A stretch of 64,000 bases of DNA from Candidatus Babelota bacterium. GTDB taxonomy: Bacteria; Babelota; Babeliae; Babelales; Vermiphilaceae. The notes under the pieces are model-generated. The model ran no database searches and was not told where the DNA came from. It saw only the letters and a program-made list of their open reading frames with translations. The position numbers and the translations under genes were made by a program. The stretch spans positions 128,001 through 192,000 of the forward strand of contig JBMOLF010000015.1 in assembly GCA_049325595.1 (NCBI GenBank). Reading direction: 5' to 3'. Shown one piece after another: positions 19,165 through 29,282 of the stretch. Positions within the stretch are counted from its first letter, which is position 1. The number at the start of each line of letters is the position of its first letter.

Positions 19165-20202
19165 ATGGCTAAAGAAAATATAAACAAAAAAACAGCTAAC
19201 GGTTCTGAAATTGACCTCAAGAGAAAAGCTCTTGAGGTTACCTTTTCTCAGATAGACAAACAGTATGGCAATGGCGCTGTAATGGTGCTTGGTCAGGCTA
19301 ACAACTCTCGTGTAGAGGCAATTTCGACCGGATCAATTTTAGTTGACGAGGCTATTGGTGTTGGTGGATTGCCGGTTGGCAGAGTTATTGAAATTTTTGG
19401 TCCTGAGGCGTCAGGTAAAACAACTCTTGCTATGCAAGCAATTGCACAAGCCCAAAGACAAGGTGGTATTTGTGCGTTTATAGATGCAGAACACGCCTTA
19501 GATCCAGCACATGCTGCTCGCCTAGGTATTAATGTTGACGATCTTATTATTTCTCAACCTGATTATGGCGAACAAGCTCTTGATATTGCTGAAATGTTAA
19601 TACGCTCAGGCGCTATTGATATTTTGGTTATCGACTCAGTAGCAGCCCTAGTGCCTAAGGCTGAACTTGAAGGTGAAATGGGTGATTCCCATATGGGCTT
19701 ACAAGCACGTCTTATGTCACAAGCCTTGCGTAAGTTAACTCCAGTTGTCCATAAATCAAAAACTATCTTGATTTTCATTAACCAAGTTCGTCAAAACATT
19801 GGTGCTATGCCTTTTGCTCCTAAAGAAGTAACTACTGGTGGTAATGCATTGAAATTCTATGCTTCAATTCGTATTGAGGTACGCCGTATTGCTTCATTGA
19901 AAAAAGATGATGCGCATGTTGGCAACAGGGTATGCATAAAGGTAGTAAAAAATAAGGTTGCTGCACCATTTAAAAAAGTTGAGCTTGATCTTCTGTTTAA
20001 TGAAGGAATTAGTAAAGAGCTTGATTTGCTTGATGCAGGACTTCATTTTGGCATAATTCAGCAGTCGGGATCATGGTTCTCTATGGGTGCTGAAAAGCTT
20101 GCTCAAGGTAGAGAGCAAATGCTTCATTATTTGAAAACTCATAAAGATGTTGCAGCTGCTATAAAAGCTCAGATTCAAGAAGTAATAGATTCAAGAAAAT
20201 AA
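19165..20202 (+). CDS. recA: Recombinase RecA
   Basis: [39 protein letters not shown]. Confidence 0.99.
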   Translation: MAKENINKKTANGSEIDLKRKALEVTFSQIDKQYGNGAVMVLGQANNSRVEAISTGSILVDEAIGVGGLPVGRVIEIFGPEASGKTTLAMQAIAQAQRQGGICAFIDAEHALDPAHAARLGINVDDLIISQPDYGEQALDIAEMLIRSGAIDILVIDSVAALVPKAELEGEMGDSHMGLQARLMSQALRKLTPVVHKSKTILIFINQVRQNIGAMPFAPKEVTTGGNALKFYASIRIEVRRIASLKKDDAHVGNRVCIKVVKNKVAAPFKKVELDLLFNEGISKELDLLDAGLHFGIIQQSGSWFSMGAEKLAQGREQMLHYLKTHKDVAAAIKAQIQEVIDSRK

Positions 20203-20245
20203 TTGTTAAGAGATGTATATCCCTTAAAAAACAGGTATTATTGCG

Positions 20246-20794
20246 TTGAAAGAAACAAAAAAAGAACTCTTACCTTTAATCAATGAAAAAATAAAATTTC
20301 CTCGTTTGCAACTTATTACACACGAGGGCCAAAACATTGGTATGGTAAGTAGAAACGAAGCTTTACGTATGGCACAGGATGCGCGCCTTGATTTAGTAAT
20401 TATTGCTGAACAAGGAAAAGAAGGTGTTCCTGTTGCCAAAATTATGGACTTTGGCAAGTCTCTTTATGAAAAAAAGAAAAAACAAGCTGAAGCCAAAAAA
20501 CATCAAAAAGTTATTCAAGTAAAGGAAATCAAGCTAAGTCCCAAAATTGGTGAACATGATTACTTAACCAAAATGAGACAGGCAATTGATTTCTTGAATG
20601 ATGGTAAACGTGTGAAAATTACCTTATTCTTTAAAGGTCGTGAAAATGCAACTCGTGAAGAGCGTGGAGCAGAAATTTATGAAAAAATTCATAAAACCTT
20701 TGAAGAGCATGGCTTGGACAAAAATTTAGTTCAAGAACAAGAATCAAAAATGGGTTCTTTGTGGTCACGCGTATATTTTCTTAAAGGCAAATAA
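20246..20794 (+). CDS. infC: Translation initiation factor IF-3 (non-AUG start)
   Basis: INEKI, KIMDFGK, VKEIKL; TTG start with in-frame ATT codons just upstream, typical of infC. Confidence 0.95.
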   Translation: MKETKKELLPLINEKIKFPRLQLITHEGQNIGMVSRNEALRMAQDARLDLVIIAEQGKEGVPVAKIMDFGKSLYEKKKKQAEAKKHQKVIQVKEIKLSPKIGEHDYLTKMRQAIDFLNDGKRVKITLFFKGRENATREERGAEIYEKIHKTFEEHGLDKNLVQEQESKMGSLWSRVYFLKGK

Positions 20795-20822
20795 ACTAAA
20801 CGTATAATAGGTAGCAATTATC

Positions 20823-21026
20823 ATGAACAACAAAATGAAAACACGTTCTGCAGCAAAGAAACGTTTTAAAAGACTTCCAGGTGGCAAAATTAAAAGAGCT
20901 AAAGCATTTAGACGCCATTTGTTGACCAAAAAAGCATCTAAAAGAAAACGTTCTCTCCGTCACAGCGCTTATGTAAATGACGCAGATATGGCTAGAATTT
21001 CCCGTTTACTACCATATGCGGCGTAA
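20823..21026 (+). CDS. rpmI: 50S ribosomal protein L35
   Basis: [20 protein letters not shown]; synteny infC-rpmI-rplT. Confidence 0.96.
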   Translation: MNNKMKTRSAAKKRFKRLPGGKIKRAKAFRRHLLTKKASKRKRSLRHSAYVNDADMARISRLLPYAA

Positions 21027-21070
21027 GAACTTTATCTTTTTTGCTTAATTAACTATTTTCGGAGATTATC

Positions 21071-21418
21071 ATGACACGTGTAAAACGCGGTACCGTTGTA
21101 AAAAAAAGACATAAAAAATTACTCAAACAAACTAAGGGCTTCTGGGGCCAACGTAAAAATATTTTCATTCGCGCAAAAGAAACTCTTATGCGCGCAATGG
21201 CGTATGCTTTCAAAGGTCGTAAGCTTAAAAAACGTGATATGAGAGCATTATTTATTTCTCGTATCAAAGCAGCTTCAGTTGCTAATGGCTTACCTTACAA
21301 TCGTTTTATGTTTGGCTTGAAGAAAGCTAACATTGAACTAAATAGAAAGATGTTAAGTCAACTTGCAATTTTTGAGCCAGCAGCATTTACTAAGCTTGTT
21401 CAAATTGCTCAAGAATAG
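21071..21418 (+). CDS. rplT: 50S ribosomal protein L20
   Basis: MTRVKRG, RKLKKRDMRAL, LNRKMLSQLA. Confidence 0.97.
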   Translation: MTRVKRGTVVKKRHKKLLKQTKGFWGQRKNIFIRAKETLMRAMAYAFKGRKLKKRDMRALFISRIKAASVANGLPYNRFMFGLKKANIELNRKMLSQLAIFEPAAFTKLVQIAQE

Positions 21419-21494
21419 TTCCCTTGACAATAATTATTGCTGCTCATTACACTAGGGCATAGAATAATTAACGATATAAAAAAGGGGAGTTACA

Positions 21495-21743
21495 GTGGAA
21501 ATATTAGCAGTACTTGAGGAAAAAATTGCTTCGTTAATTGAGTTGGTAAAAGAACTCAAAGCAGAAAATGCAAAATTAGCTGAAGAAAATGCACAGTTAC
21601 TTGCAAAAATGGAAATGCTTGAGTCGTCGTTAACCAATGATGTACGCCGTCTTGAAGAGCTTAATATTGAAAAAGCATTAACTAAAGATGCGGTAAGTAG
21701 TTTGATAAGTAGTATTAATGAACTTGTTGAAACACAAAGTTAA
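21495..21743 (+). CDS. zapB: Cell division protein ZapB-like coiled coil
   Basis: LEEKI..LIE...LKAEN coiled coil upstream of zapA; GGGGAG SD. Confidence 0.65.
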   Translation: MEILAVLEEKIASLIELVKELKAENAKLAEENAQLLAKMEMLESSLTNDVRRLEELNIEKALTKDAVSSLISSINELVETQS

Positions 21744-21748
21744 CTACG

Positions 21749-22036
21749 ATGAAAAATGAAGCAAAGCCATATAAAGTTTTGATTTTTGATGATCATTATA
21801 ATTTGGTAAGCGATGAGCCTGAAGAAGTGGTGGTTCGCTCTGCTTCTTTAGTTGATATACACATGAAGGAAATCGCACAAAAACTGCCTTACTTAGATGA
21901 AAAAAAAGTTGCCGTTTTATCTGCTGTGCGATTAGCAAGCCAACTTATAAGCTCTCAAATAAAACATGAGAGTAATGAGAAAAAACAAGAAGCGCTTATT
22001 CAATTTATTGATCAGCAAATCCTAAAGTTTCTGTAA
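21749..22036 (+). CDS. zapA: Cell division protein ZapA
   Basis: VDIHMKEI...KVAVLSA pattern; position before rny. Confidence 0.75.
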   Translation: MKNEAKPYKVLIFDDHYNLVSDEPEEVVVRSASLVDIHMKEIAQKLPYLDEKKVAVLSAVRLASQLISSQIKHESNEKKQEALIQFIDQQILKFL

Positions 22037-22042
22037 GAAATT

Positions 22043-22075
22043 AATATCCCCAAAGTTAGTTGCTTTGGGGGTATT
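22043..22075 (+). terminator. Hairpin after zapA
   Basis: ATATCCCCAAAG...CTTTGGGGGTAT. Confidence 0.55.
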
Positions 22076-22221
22076 CCTCTCCTTGTAATATATTAAAAAG
22101 TTCACTTTTGCTTTATCTTTTGTTCTTATTCTATTCCCCTTGCAAATGATCGCAATATCTGTGATACACTAATCCCAGATATCTTTAATGACATACATAA
22201 ATTTTCATAGTTAGGAATCAC

Positions 22222-23787
22222 ATGGCTGAAACATTAATTCTATTTTCCTATGTTATTGCAGGGGTATGCCTTGCTTTAGCTATTGGATTATTGTGGTACA
22301 TGAAAAAACGTTCAAATCGTGCCAATAAATTATTAGAAGAAGCACAAGAAAAATTGAAAAATGCCAAACGAGAAATTGAAAATGAACGTCGTGAAGCATT
22401 TTTAAAAATTAAAGATGAAATTTATCGTCGAAGAACCGATTTTGAATCTGAAATGAAACGTGAGCGAATCGAATTTGATCGCTTACAAGCAAAGCTTAAT
22501 TCAAAGTATGAGATAATTGAGAAAAAAGAATTAGATCTTGATACGCTTAAACTAGATCTTCAGCAAAAAGAACGCAATCTTTCACGCATGGAAGATGCAT
22601 TGCGTGTTCAAGAAAATAAGCTCAAAAATATGTACAATGATTTAATTACCAAGCTTGAGCGCATTAGTACCGTTACTAAAGATGAAGCTAAACAGATGAT
22701 TTTCGACATTCTTGATGCCGAAGTACGTCTTTCTAATCAAAAATGGGTCCAAAAAGTTGAAGAAGAATCAAAACAACTTGCTAAAGAAAAATCTATTCAA
22801 ATAATTGCAACAGCAATGCAACGATATACCGCTGATCAAGTAGCTATTCATTCATCAAGCGTGGTTCATCTTCCATCAGAAGAAATGAAGGGGCGTATTA
22901 TTGGTAAAGAAGGCCGTAATATTAAGGCTCTTGAAATGGCAACTGGTATGGAATTTGTTATAGGAGAAGCGCCAGAAATTATTACCATTTCAGGTTTTAA
23001 TCCGATACGCCGTGAAATTGCTCGTCGATCACTTGAACGCTTAATTTTAGATGGACGTATTAATCCAACACGTATCGAAGAAACAGTTGCTCAATGCGAA
23101 AAAGAACTAGAAGAGATGATTGAAGAATATGGTAAATCAGTTATCCTCGAGTTTAATTTACAAGGAGTTCACCCTGAAATCGTAACGTTACTTGGTAAAT
23201 TGCATTTCAGAACAAGCTATTCTCAAAATGTTTTAGTTCACTGCAAAGAAGTAGGTCTTTTTGCCCGTATGATAGCTGAGGAAATGGGGCTTGATGGTTC
23301 TATTGCACTTCGTGCCGGTCTTTTGCATGACATTGGTAAAGCAGTAACTGCAGAGATAGAAGGACCTCATGCCAAAATTGGTGGTGATATTGCAAAACGC
23401 TGTGGGGAAGACCCTATTATAGTGAATGCTATTGCTGCTCATCATGAGGAAGTACCATTTGCATCGGTTTATGCAATTATTGTTGTAATTGCTGACACTA
23501 TTTCTGCATCACGTCCGGGTGCTCGTCGAGAAACATTAACGGCTTATATTAAACGCCTTGAAAAGCTTGAAGAAATTGCCCACAGCTTTGAAGGTATTAA
23601 AAAAGCTTATGCATTACAAGCAGGGCGTGAAGTGCGCATTATTGTAGAAGAAGATTCTATGGATGATGAAAAAGCATCTATTCTTGCTCGAGAAATTGCT
23701 CGTAAAATAGAAGAGGAAATGAATTTCCCTGGGCAAATTAAAGTAAATGTTATCCGTGAAAAACGAGCTATAGAATACGCAAGGTAA
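22222..23787 (+). CDS. rny: Ribonuclease Y
   Basis: N-terminal TM, coiled coil, KH (MKGRIIGKEGRNI), HD (LLHDIGK), SASRPGAR. Confidence 0.97.
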   Translation: MAETLILFSYVIAGVCLALAIGLLWYMKKRSNRANKLLEEAQEKLKNAKREIENERREAFLKIKDEIYRRRTDFESEMKRERIEFDRLQAKLNSKYEIIEKKELDLDTLKLDLQQKERNLSRMEDALRVQENKLKNMYNDLITKLERISTVTKDEAKQMIFDILDAEVRLSNQKWVQKVEEESKQLAKEKSIQIIATAMQRYTADQVAIHSSSVVHLPSEEMKGRIIGKEGRNIKALEMATGMEFVIGEAPEIITISGFNPIRREIARRSLERLILDGRINPTRIEETVAQCEKELEEMIEEYGKSVILEFNLQGVHPEIVTLLGKLHFRTSYSQNVLVHCKEVGLFARMIAEEMGLDGSIALRAGLLHDIGKAVTAEIEGPHAKIGGDIAKRCGEDPIIVNAIAAHHEEVPFASVYAIIVVIADTISASRPGARRETLTAYIKRLEKLEEIAHSFEGIKKAYALQAGREVRIIVEEDSMDDEKASILAREIARKIEEEMNFPGQIKVNVIREKRAIEYAR

Positions 23788-23795
23788 TTGTATAC

Positions 23796-24611
23796 ATGAA
23801 AGTTCTTTTAATAGGAGATGTGGTTGGGTTACCTGGCCGCATGATGATTCAAAAGCATTTACCTAAACTACAACATGAGTTAGGTATAGATGCTACCATT
23901 GTTAACGGCGAAAATAGTGCCGATGGCAAAGGAATAACGCCTCGTATTATGCATTTTTTCAAGCATAATAAAGTTGATGTGGTTACCTCTGGCAACCATA
24001 TTTGGAATAAAAAAGAAATTTATTCTTATATTGCAGAACATAAAGATTTGTTGCGACCAGCTAATTTTCCCAGCGATTCACCCGGTGTTGGCGTAACGAC
24101 CTTTATGGTTAAAAATCAGTTGGTTGCGGTAATCAATCTGCAAGGACGCGTATTTATGCGTGAACTTATTGATTGTCCTTTTAAAACCGCCCAATCGATT
24201 TTAACCTATCTGCGGGATAAAACAAAATTAATATTTGTTGATTTTCATGCCGAAACAACATCAGAAAAACAAGGACTTTCTTTTTTTCTCGATGGGAAAG
24301 TTACCGGAGTTGTAGGAACTCATACTCATGTTCAAACTGCCGATGAGCGAATTTTGCCTCAAGGCACTGCCTATATTACTGATTTGGGTATGTGTGGTTC
24401 ACTCAACTCAATGATTGGTATGAAAAAAGAACCTATTATTCAGCAATATATAACTCAAATGCCAACTCGTTTTACGGTAGAAACATCTGGACCATTTGTA
24501 ATGAGTGGTATATGGATTGATGCTGATCCAATTACTGGAAAAGCACGTCAAATACAGCGTGTTCGTATTATTGATGATGAGTTGCATATAGAATCTGAAG
24601 ATGCACTTTAA
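23796..24611 (+). CDS. ymdB: YmdB-family 2',3'-cyclic nucleotide phosphodiesterase
   Basis: GDVVG, NGEN, TSGNH, DFHAETTSEK, GTHTHV. Confidence 0.93.
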   Translation: MKVLLIGDVVGLPGRMMIQKHLPKLQHELGIDATIVNGENSADGKGITPRIMHFFKHNKVDVVTSGNHIWNKKEIYSYIAEHKDLLRPANFPSDSPGVGVTTFMVKNQLVAVINLQGRVFMRELIDCPFKTAQSILTYLRDKTKLIFVDFHAETTSEKQGLSFFLDGKVTGVVGTHTHVQTADERILPQGTAYITDLGMCGSLNSMIGMKKEPIIQQYITQMPTRFTVETSGPFVMSGIWIDADPITGKARQIQRVRIIDDELHIESEDAL

Positions 24612-24617
24612 ACTTAT

Positions 24618-24652
24618 AACAGGCATGTAAAAAGCATGCCTGTTTCTTTTTT
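24618..24652 (+). terminator. ymdB terminator
   Basis: AACAGGCATG...CATGCCTGTT followed by T-tract. Confidence 0.8.
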
Positions 24653-24866
24653 CTGCGAATATAGTATTCTTGTATTAACCTTTAACGAGAAGGAGAACTA
24701 TGTTCCTACTAAAACATCGAACCTCGGTTCTAGAAACGGTTAATGGCGAGCTTATCTTTAAAAAACATCGCATCTTACTTATTTTTCAATTCTTTTAGTA
24801 CATAACATTTATTATTACCAATCGCAGTTAATATATTTACTAATATTAATACTTTGGGAGTAATGT

Positions 24867-25799
24867 ATGTATTTATTAATAGTACTTAATGCCATTACTG
24901 GTGCAACATACCCAATTGCAAAAGCTGCGCTTGCTTATGCGCCTGCATTATTTATGACTGCTTTGCGTATGTTGCTTGGTGGTTTTTTATTAATAGGATT
25001 TGAATGGTTACGAGGAGCTTGTCGCTATCGTTTTGATAAGCAAGGCATAATACTTCTTATTTTGCTTACTTTATTTAACGTTTATTCTACGAACGTTTTA
25101 CAATTTTGGGCATTAAATTATATTGGTGCGGGAAAAGCTGCATTTATTGCAAACTTAACACCCTTTATTTCAGCCTTTTTTGCCTACTTTCTCTTTAAAG
25201 AAAAATTTTCTTTTCAAAAACTCATAGGCTTATTGATAGGATTTTTTTCTTTTGTGCCGCTTATTCTCTATCAATCTCCGTCCGAGGTGGCTGTCGAATT
25301 TGGCAGAAAGTTGTGGTACTGGCCTGAAATAGCCTTAGTAGCAAGTACTTTTATGTCGGTGTTTGGCTGGTTGGCCATGAAAAAACTTATGCAAGTAAGA
25401 ACACGATGCATACTAATGGCAAATGGACTCAGTATGGTTTTAGGAAGCTTATTGCTATTTCCTACTTCATGGATAATAGAGACAAACACTATTTTTCCTG
25501 TTACTCAAGTACCATACTTTTTATTATGCCTTATTGGTTTGATTATTGTTAACAACTTTGTTTCGTATAATGGTTTTGCATTTTTAATGCAACGATATAG
25601 TACCACCTTATTATTCTTTGGAGGATTTCTCAACCCACTCTTTGCTTCGCTATATGGATGGTATTTTTTAGGGGAAGTTATAACCTGGCATTTTTATGTA
25701 GCCATCTTGGGAGTAATAATTGGATTGTTGCTCTTTTTTGTAGAAGAAAAAAAATTAAAAAAACAAAAAACAGTCAAAATTTATAAAGTGAAAATGTAA
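24867..25799 (+). CDS. EamA/DMT family transporter
   Basis: About 10 TM, two-repeat EamA pattern (LRMLLGG, PFISA..AY.LFKEK). Confidence 0.88.
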   Translation: MYLLIVLNAITGATYPIAKAALAYAPALFMTALRMLLGGFLLIGFEWLRGACRYRFDKQGIILLILLTLFNVYSTNVLQFWALNYIGAGKAAFIANLTPFISAFFAYFLFKEKFSFQKLIGLLIGFFSFVPLILYQSPSEVAVEFGRKLWYWPEIALVASTFMSVFGWLAMKKLMQVRTRCILMANGLSMVLGSLLLFPTSWIIETNTIFPVTQVPYFLLCLIGLIIVNNFVSYNGFAFLMQRYSTTLLFFGGFLNPLFASLYGWYFLGEVITWHFYVAILGVIIGLLLFFVEEKKLKKQKTVKIYKVKM

Positions 25800-25977
25800 A
25801 AATAAAAATAATTTTAAATAATTTCAAAATTTAAAACATTCTTAGTGTTTTTTTGAATGCAAATAAAAATTGACTATTTTAATAAGATAAAGCAGATCAA
25901 TTTAATTGTATTAACTTTGGTATAATCATTTAATTAAATTGATCTGTGAAAGTGTTTTTGAATAATGCGATCCAAAG

Positions 25978-26994
25978 CTACTTTTTGCTGTTAAATGAAC
26001 ATTTTTGCAAAAAAGCTTCAATATCAAGCGCGAACTTATGCAACTCTGGAGATGACAATATTTCTTTAAAAGATTTGGTTTTGCTTAATTCTTGTAAAAC
26101 CTTATTGATCTCTTGTTTTGGTGCATTAACACTATGTTTTTTTATAAATAAATTCTTTTGAAGAAGTTTTGATAAAGCAGTGGTATGCTCTTGACCGGTA
26201 AATATGGCTATCAACGGCTTATTGCTGTGATGAATAATTTCTAAAAATGCGTCCAGTTCAAGAAGATTATCGGCAAGCTTTTCAAGTTTGTGAATAGTGC
26301 TTTGGGTATTGAGTAAAATTTTTTGTTCATTTGATGTAGGAACAAAAAAATCATTAAAAATAAATTGTGCTATAGAAACTGCTTCTTCATTAGCATTTTT
26401 TTGTTGTGTAGGAAGTGAAGCTAGTAGTTCATCGCGTTTTTTAACCAAATCAAAAAAATATTTTTCTGCATTTAAAGCAAGAGGATGTTCAGGATTAGTC
26501 TTGAGAATTTTATCAAGCTTTTGATATAAGACATCCTGTTTTGCGTAACATTCTTTTAAAGATTCAGTAAATAAATAAAACATTTTCTGATGAGTTTCTT
26601 TTTTTGCAAAAAGTTCTTTAAGTTGTGAATAGTTATTATTCTGAATCAGCTCCATATTGAATATTCTAAACATTCCGCCTACTGCTCTAAATTCCAGTCC
26701 TTTATTTTCTAAATTATTATTCGTAACTTCCGAATAAAGCTGAGCAAGAAATTGAGTGCTATTTTCTTTTTTTTCAAATCCTTCGAACAGCATCAAAGGC
26801 TTATGTTTTTTCAGATTTTTTATAACCTGCAATAATTGATGGGTATCAATAGTGGGGGCAATCCAGTGATTATCGCCAAACAATAAAACTGTTTGATTGA
26901 GTTGTGGAGAGAATAGCTCTTTACCGCTGACAACTGTCGCGTATGAATTTAGAGTAAGTTGGCCTAAAAGGAAAGCTAGGATAATTTTTTTCAT
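25978..26994 (-). CDS. Secreted hypothetical protein (FGDNH...E...GQEH)
   Basis: 338 aa, GAGG SD, signal peptide. Confidence 0.7.
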   Translation of the reverse strand: MKKIILAFLLGQLTLNSYATVVSGKELFSPQLNQTVLLFGDNHWIAPTIDTHQLLQVIKNLKKHKPLMLFEGFEKKENSTQFLAQLYSEVTNNNLENKGLEFRAVGGMFRIFNMELIQNNNYSQLKELFAKKETHQKMFYLFTESLKECYAKQDVLYQKLDKILKTNPEHPLALNAEKYFFDLVKKRDELLASLPTQQKNANEEAVSIAQFIFNDFFVPTSNEQKILLNTQSTIHKLEKLADNLLELDAFLEIIHHSNKPLIAIFTGQEHTTALSKLLQKNLFIKKHSVNAPKQEINKVLQELSKTKSFKEILSSPELHKFALDIEAFLQKCSFNSKK

Positions 26995-27280
26995 GATAAC
27001 GTAACCTCATTTGGGGGGAGAAAGAATAGTTTAAGGGTACCATAGATCAAAACAGTGTCAAATTTGCAAATAGAAAATAATTCAACAATCGCCATCTAAA
27101 CACTGGTCAATAAAAAAATAATGTAGTGAATAAATTGCACTTCTTATAAAAATTGGGCAAATTTATCATTAAATTTTGTTTGCTATTAAATCTATTCGTC
27201 AAGGAATAATTTATTAAATATGTCCCAATTTTGAACGAGTTTTTATTTGAATTGATCTAGAGCGATTATTGCACAATCAT

Positions 27281-27643
27281 TTAATCAACTTTCATTTTAT
27301 TTTGTAAGACTATCTGTTTACTTGGTAATTGCAAAACATTTGGTAACAATAACGATTTAGCATTGCTTAGCACATTGATTAAACTTTCTTTGGATAATTG
27401 TTCCGTTAATTGACTTGCTTGATTAATCATATTCTGTTTAACAGTATTTATTTCTTGAGATGTATACGAAGAATAGCTTGCTAAATCTTTATTTGTATGT
27501 TCCAATAATTTATTTATTTGATAAATAGTTACTATACAATTGAGCAGTTCCTTATCTTTACCGAGCACATCTTTTTGGTTTTTATCCATTACGTATATAT
27601 TAGTGCGTATAAGCATTATCAATAATAAATATATTTTTTTCAT
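27281..27643 (-). CDS. Small secreted hypothetical protein
   Basis: GAGG SD; MKKIYLLL signal. Confidence 0.6.
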   Translation of the reverse strand: MKKIYLLLIMLIRTNIYVMDKNQKDVLGKDKELLNCIVTIYQINKLLEHTNKDLASYSSYTSQEINTVKQNMINQASQLTEQLSKESLINVLSNAKSLLLPNVLQLPSKQIVLQNKMKVD

Positions 27644-27823
27644 GAAAGCCTCATTAAATGATGTTTTTCAGATCTTTAAAGTATTAATAATATTTTAGCA
27701 ATCATACCCATGAAAGTTAATGATTGTGTCTATGTTAACAATGCATGATTAGTTAACATAGACATGGTAACTCGCTATAATAAATACAGAGTCATTTTTA
27801 ATACATTTTGTTCTGAGTTTCTA

Positions 27824-28858
27824 ATGAAAAAATATCTAATAATTTTATTATGCCTGATAACATTTTCCAAAACTCATACTATGGATAGAAGAGCATCTAT
27901 TCATGATAAAGCTCTTGCAATATATGGCGATTTTTTTCTTGATTTATGCAATGGGATAGAAGAAGAAGATACATCAATAATTAAAAGAAGCTTGTCAAAG
28001 GTAAATCCTAATGAGCTTATAAAATGTAAATTTAGTCCCACGGTTAAAATGGAGGCTTCTAAAAAATATATTGTTTTGGGCCATCCTGACATGATCACTA
28101 TTCCTAATGGTGTAAAAGTTTACATACGCCCAATTCATTTATGCATAAAAGATAAAAAATTACGTTCATTAGAATGTCTTTTGGAATCCGGCGCCCGCTT
28201 AGAAGTAGATCAAGAATTAGGCTCGAGCCTTTCTTTGAATAAAGAATCTTTGGATTATTATAACCGTTTGCTGGCTATATTTACCAAACACAAATTCAAA
28301 ATAAACTCCAGGGATAAAGACGGAAAAAGTTTGTTACACTTTGCTACAGCCAGTGCCAATAATAACCTTATAATAGCATTACTTAATTACAAAAATATTG
28401 ATGTGAATGCCTATGACACAGTGGGACGTACACCGCTTCATTATTTAATTTTAGGCAAAGGTCAAGATGTGCAGGCAAGAATTTCTTGCTTAAAAACATT
28501 AATGGCATCCCGCGAAATAGACCCAAACAAAGTAGATATAGCACATCGCATGTCACCTTTGACCATGGGTATAATAAGTGATCCTGATCTTGCTAAAATA
28601 TTAATTACTTATGATCGAGTTGATCCAAATGCAACAGTAATGAATTCGTATACTCCACTTATGCAAGCAATTAAAAGCGATGAAGCAGAAATTGTATCTT
28701 TAATATTAAAAAGAGATATCAATGTGCTTAAAGAGGATAGCAAGGGACATACTGCATTTGATTATGCAAAAGATAAACCGGAACTTTTAGCGCTGCTTAA
28801 CCAGCATATTAGTAACACAAATACTGGAAAAGCATCTTTTTCTAATTCTCAAAAATAA
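27824..28858 (+). CDS. Secreted ankyrin repeat protein
   Basis: GKSLLHFA, GRTPLHY, YTPLMQAI; start chosen at MKKYLII. Confidence 0.88.
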   Translation: MKKYLIILLCLITFSKTHTMDRRASIHDKALAIYGDFFLDLCNGIEEEDTSIIKRSLSKVNPNELIKCKFSPTVKMEASKKYIVLGHPDMITIPNGVKVYIRPIHLCIKDKKLRSLECLLESGARLEVDQELGSSLSLNKESLDYYNRLLAIFTKHKFKINSRDKDGKSLLHFATASANNNLIIALLNYKNIDVNAYDTVGRTPLHYLILGKGQDVQARISCLKTLMASREIDPNKVDIAHRMSPLTMGIISDPDLAKILITYDRVDPNATVMNSYTPLMQAIKSDEAEIVSLILKRDINVLKEDSKGHTAFDYAKDKPELLALLNQHISNTNTGKASFSNSQK

Positions 28859-28931
28859 GTGGATCTAATTTTAAAATGCTTTATGCTTTGTGTAGAATTT
28901 TATTAATAGACACAAAAAATGAAGAGAACAT

Positions 28932-29261
28932 ATGAAACTGATTATTGGAATTTTGAGTATATTTGTATTTACTTCTTGGGCTATGGAGCATAATCCACTT
29001 GCCGAATTAGAACATCAATTAACTGACTATGAATTAATTATTGTTAATTTATTTCACGGTCAGCATTATTATGATGAGTTAATTAAGAACTTTAATGCTT
29101 ATAATCTGCAGGGAATTCAATTAGTCGACATCTTCAAATCAAAAAAAAATTGTGATCAAAGATTAGAAAATTTTAAGATAAAAATTGGTTGTGAGCGATT
29201 TAAGCAAATAAAAAAATTAACACAATGCGAATCAACAATAAATTTATCTGAATTAGATTAG
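28932..29261 (+). CDS. Small secreted hypothetical protein
   Basis: Signal peptide ending SWA|ME. Confidence 0.65.
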   Translation: MKLIIGILSIFVFTSWAMEHNPLAELEHQLTDYELIIVNLFHGQHYYDELIKNFNAYNLQGIQLVDIFKSKKNCDQRLENFKIKIGCERFKQIKKLTQCESTINLSELD

Positions 29262-29282
29262 AAATATATCGTTTAAAATAAG

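Noticed and set aside
22037..22221. 6S RNA at its common position after zapA
   Set aside because: Only a local terminator-like hairpin is visible, with no long closing stem or central bubble; an Infernal search would be needed
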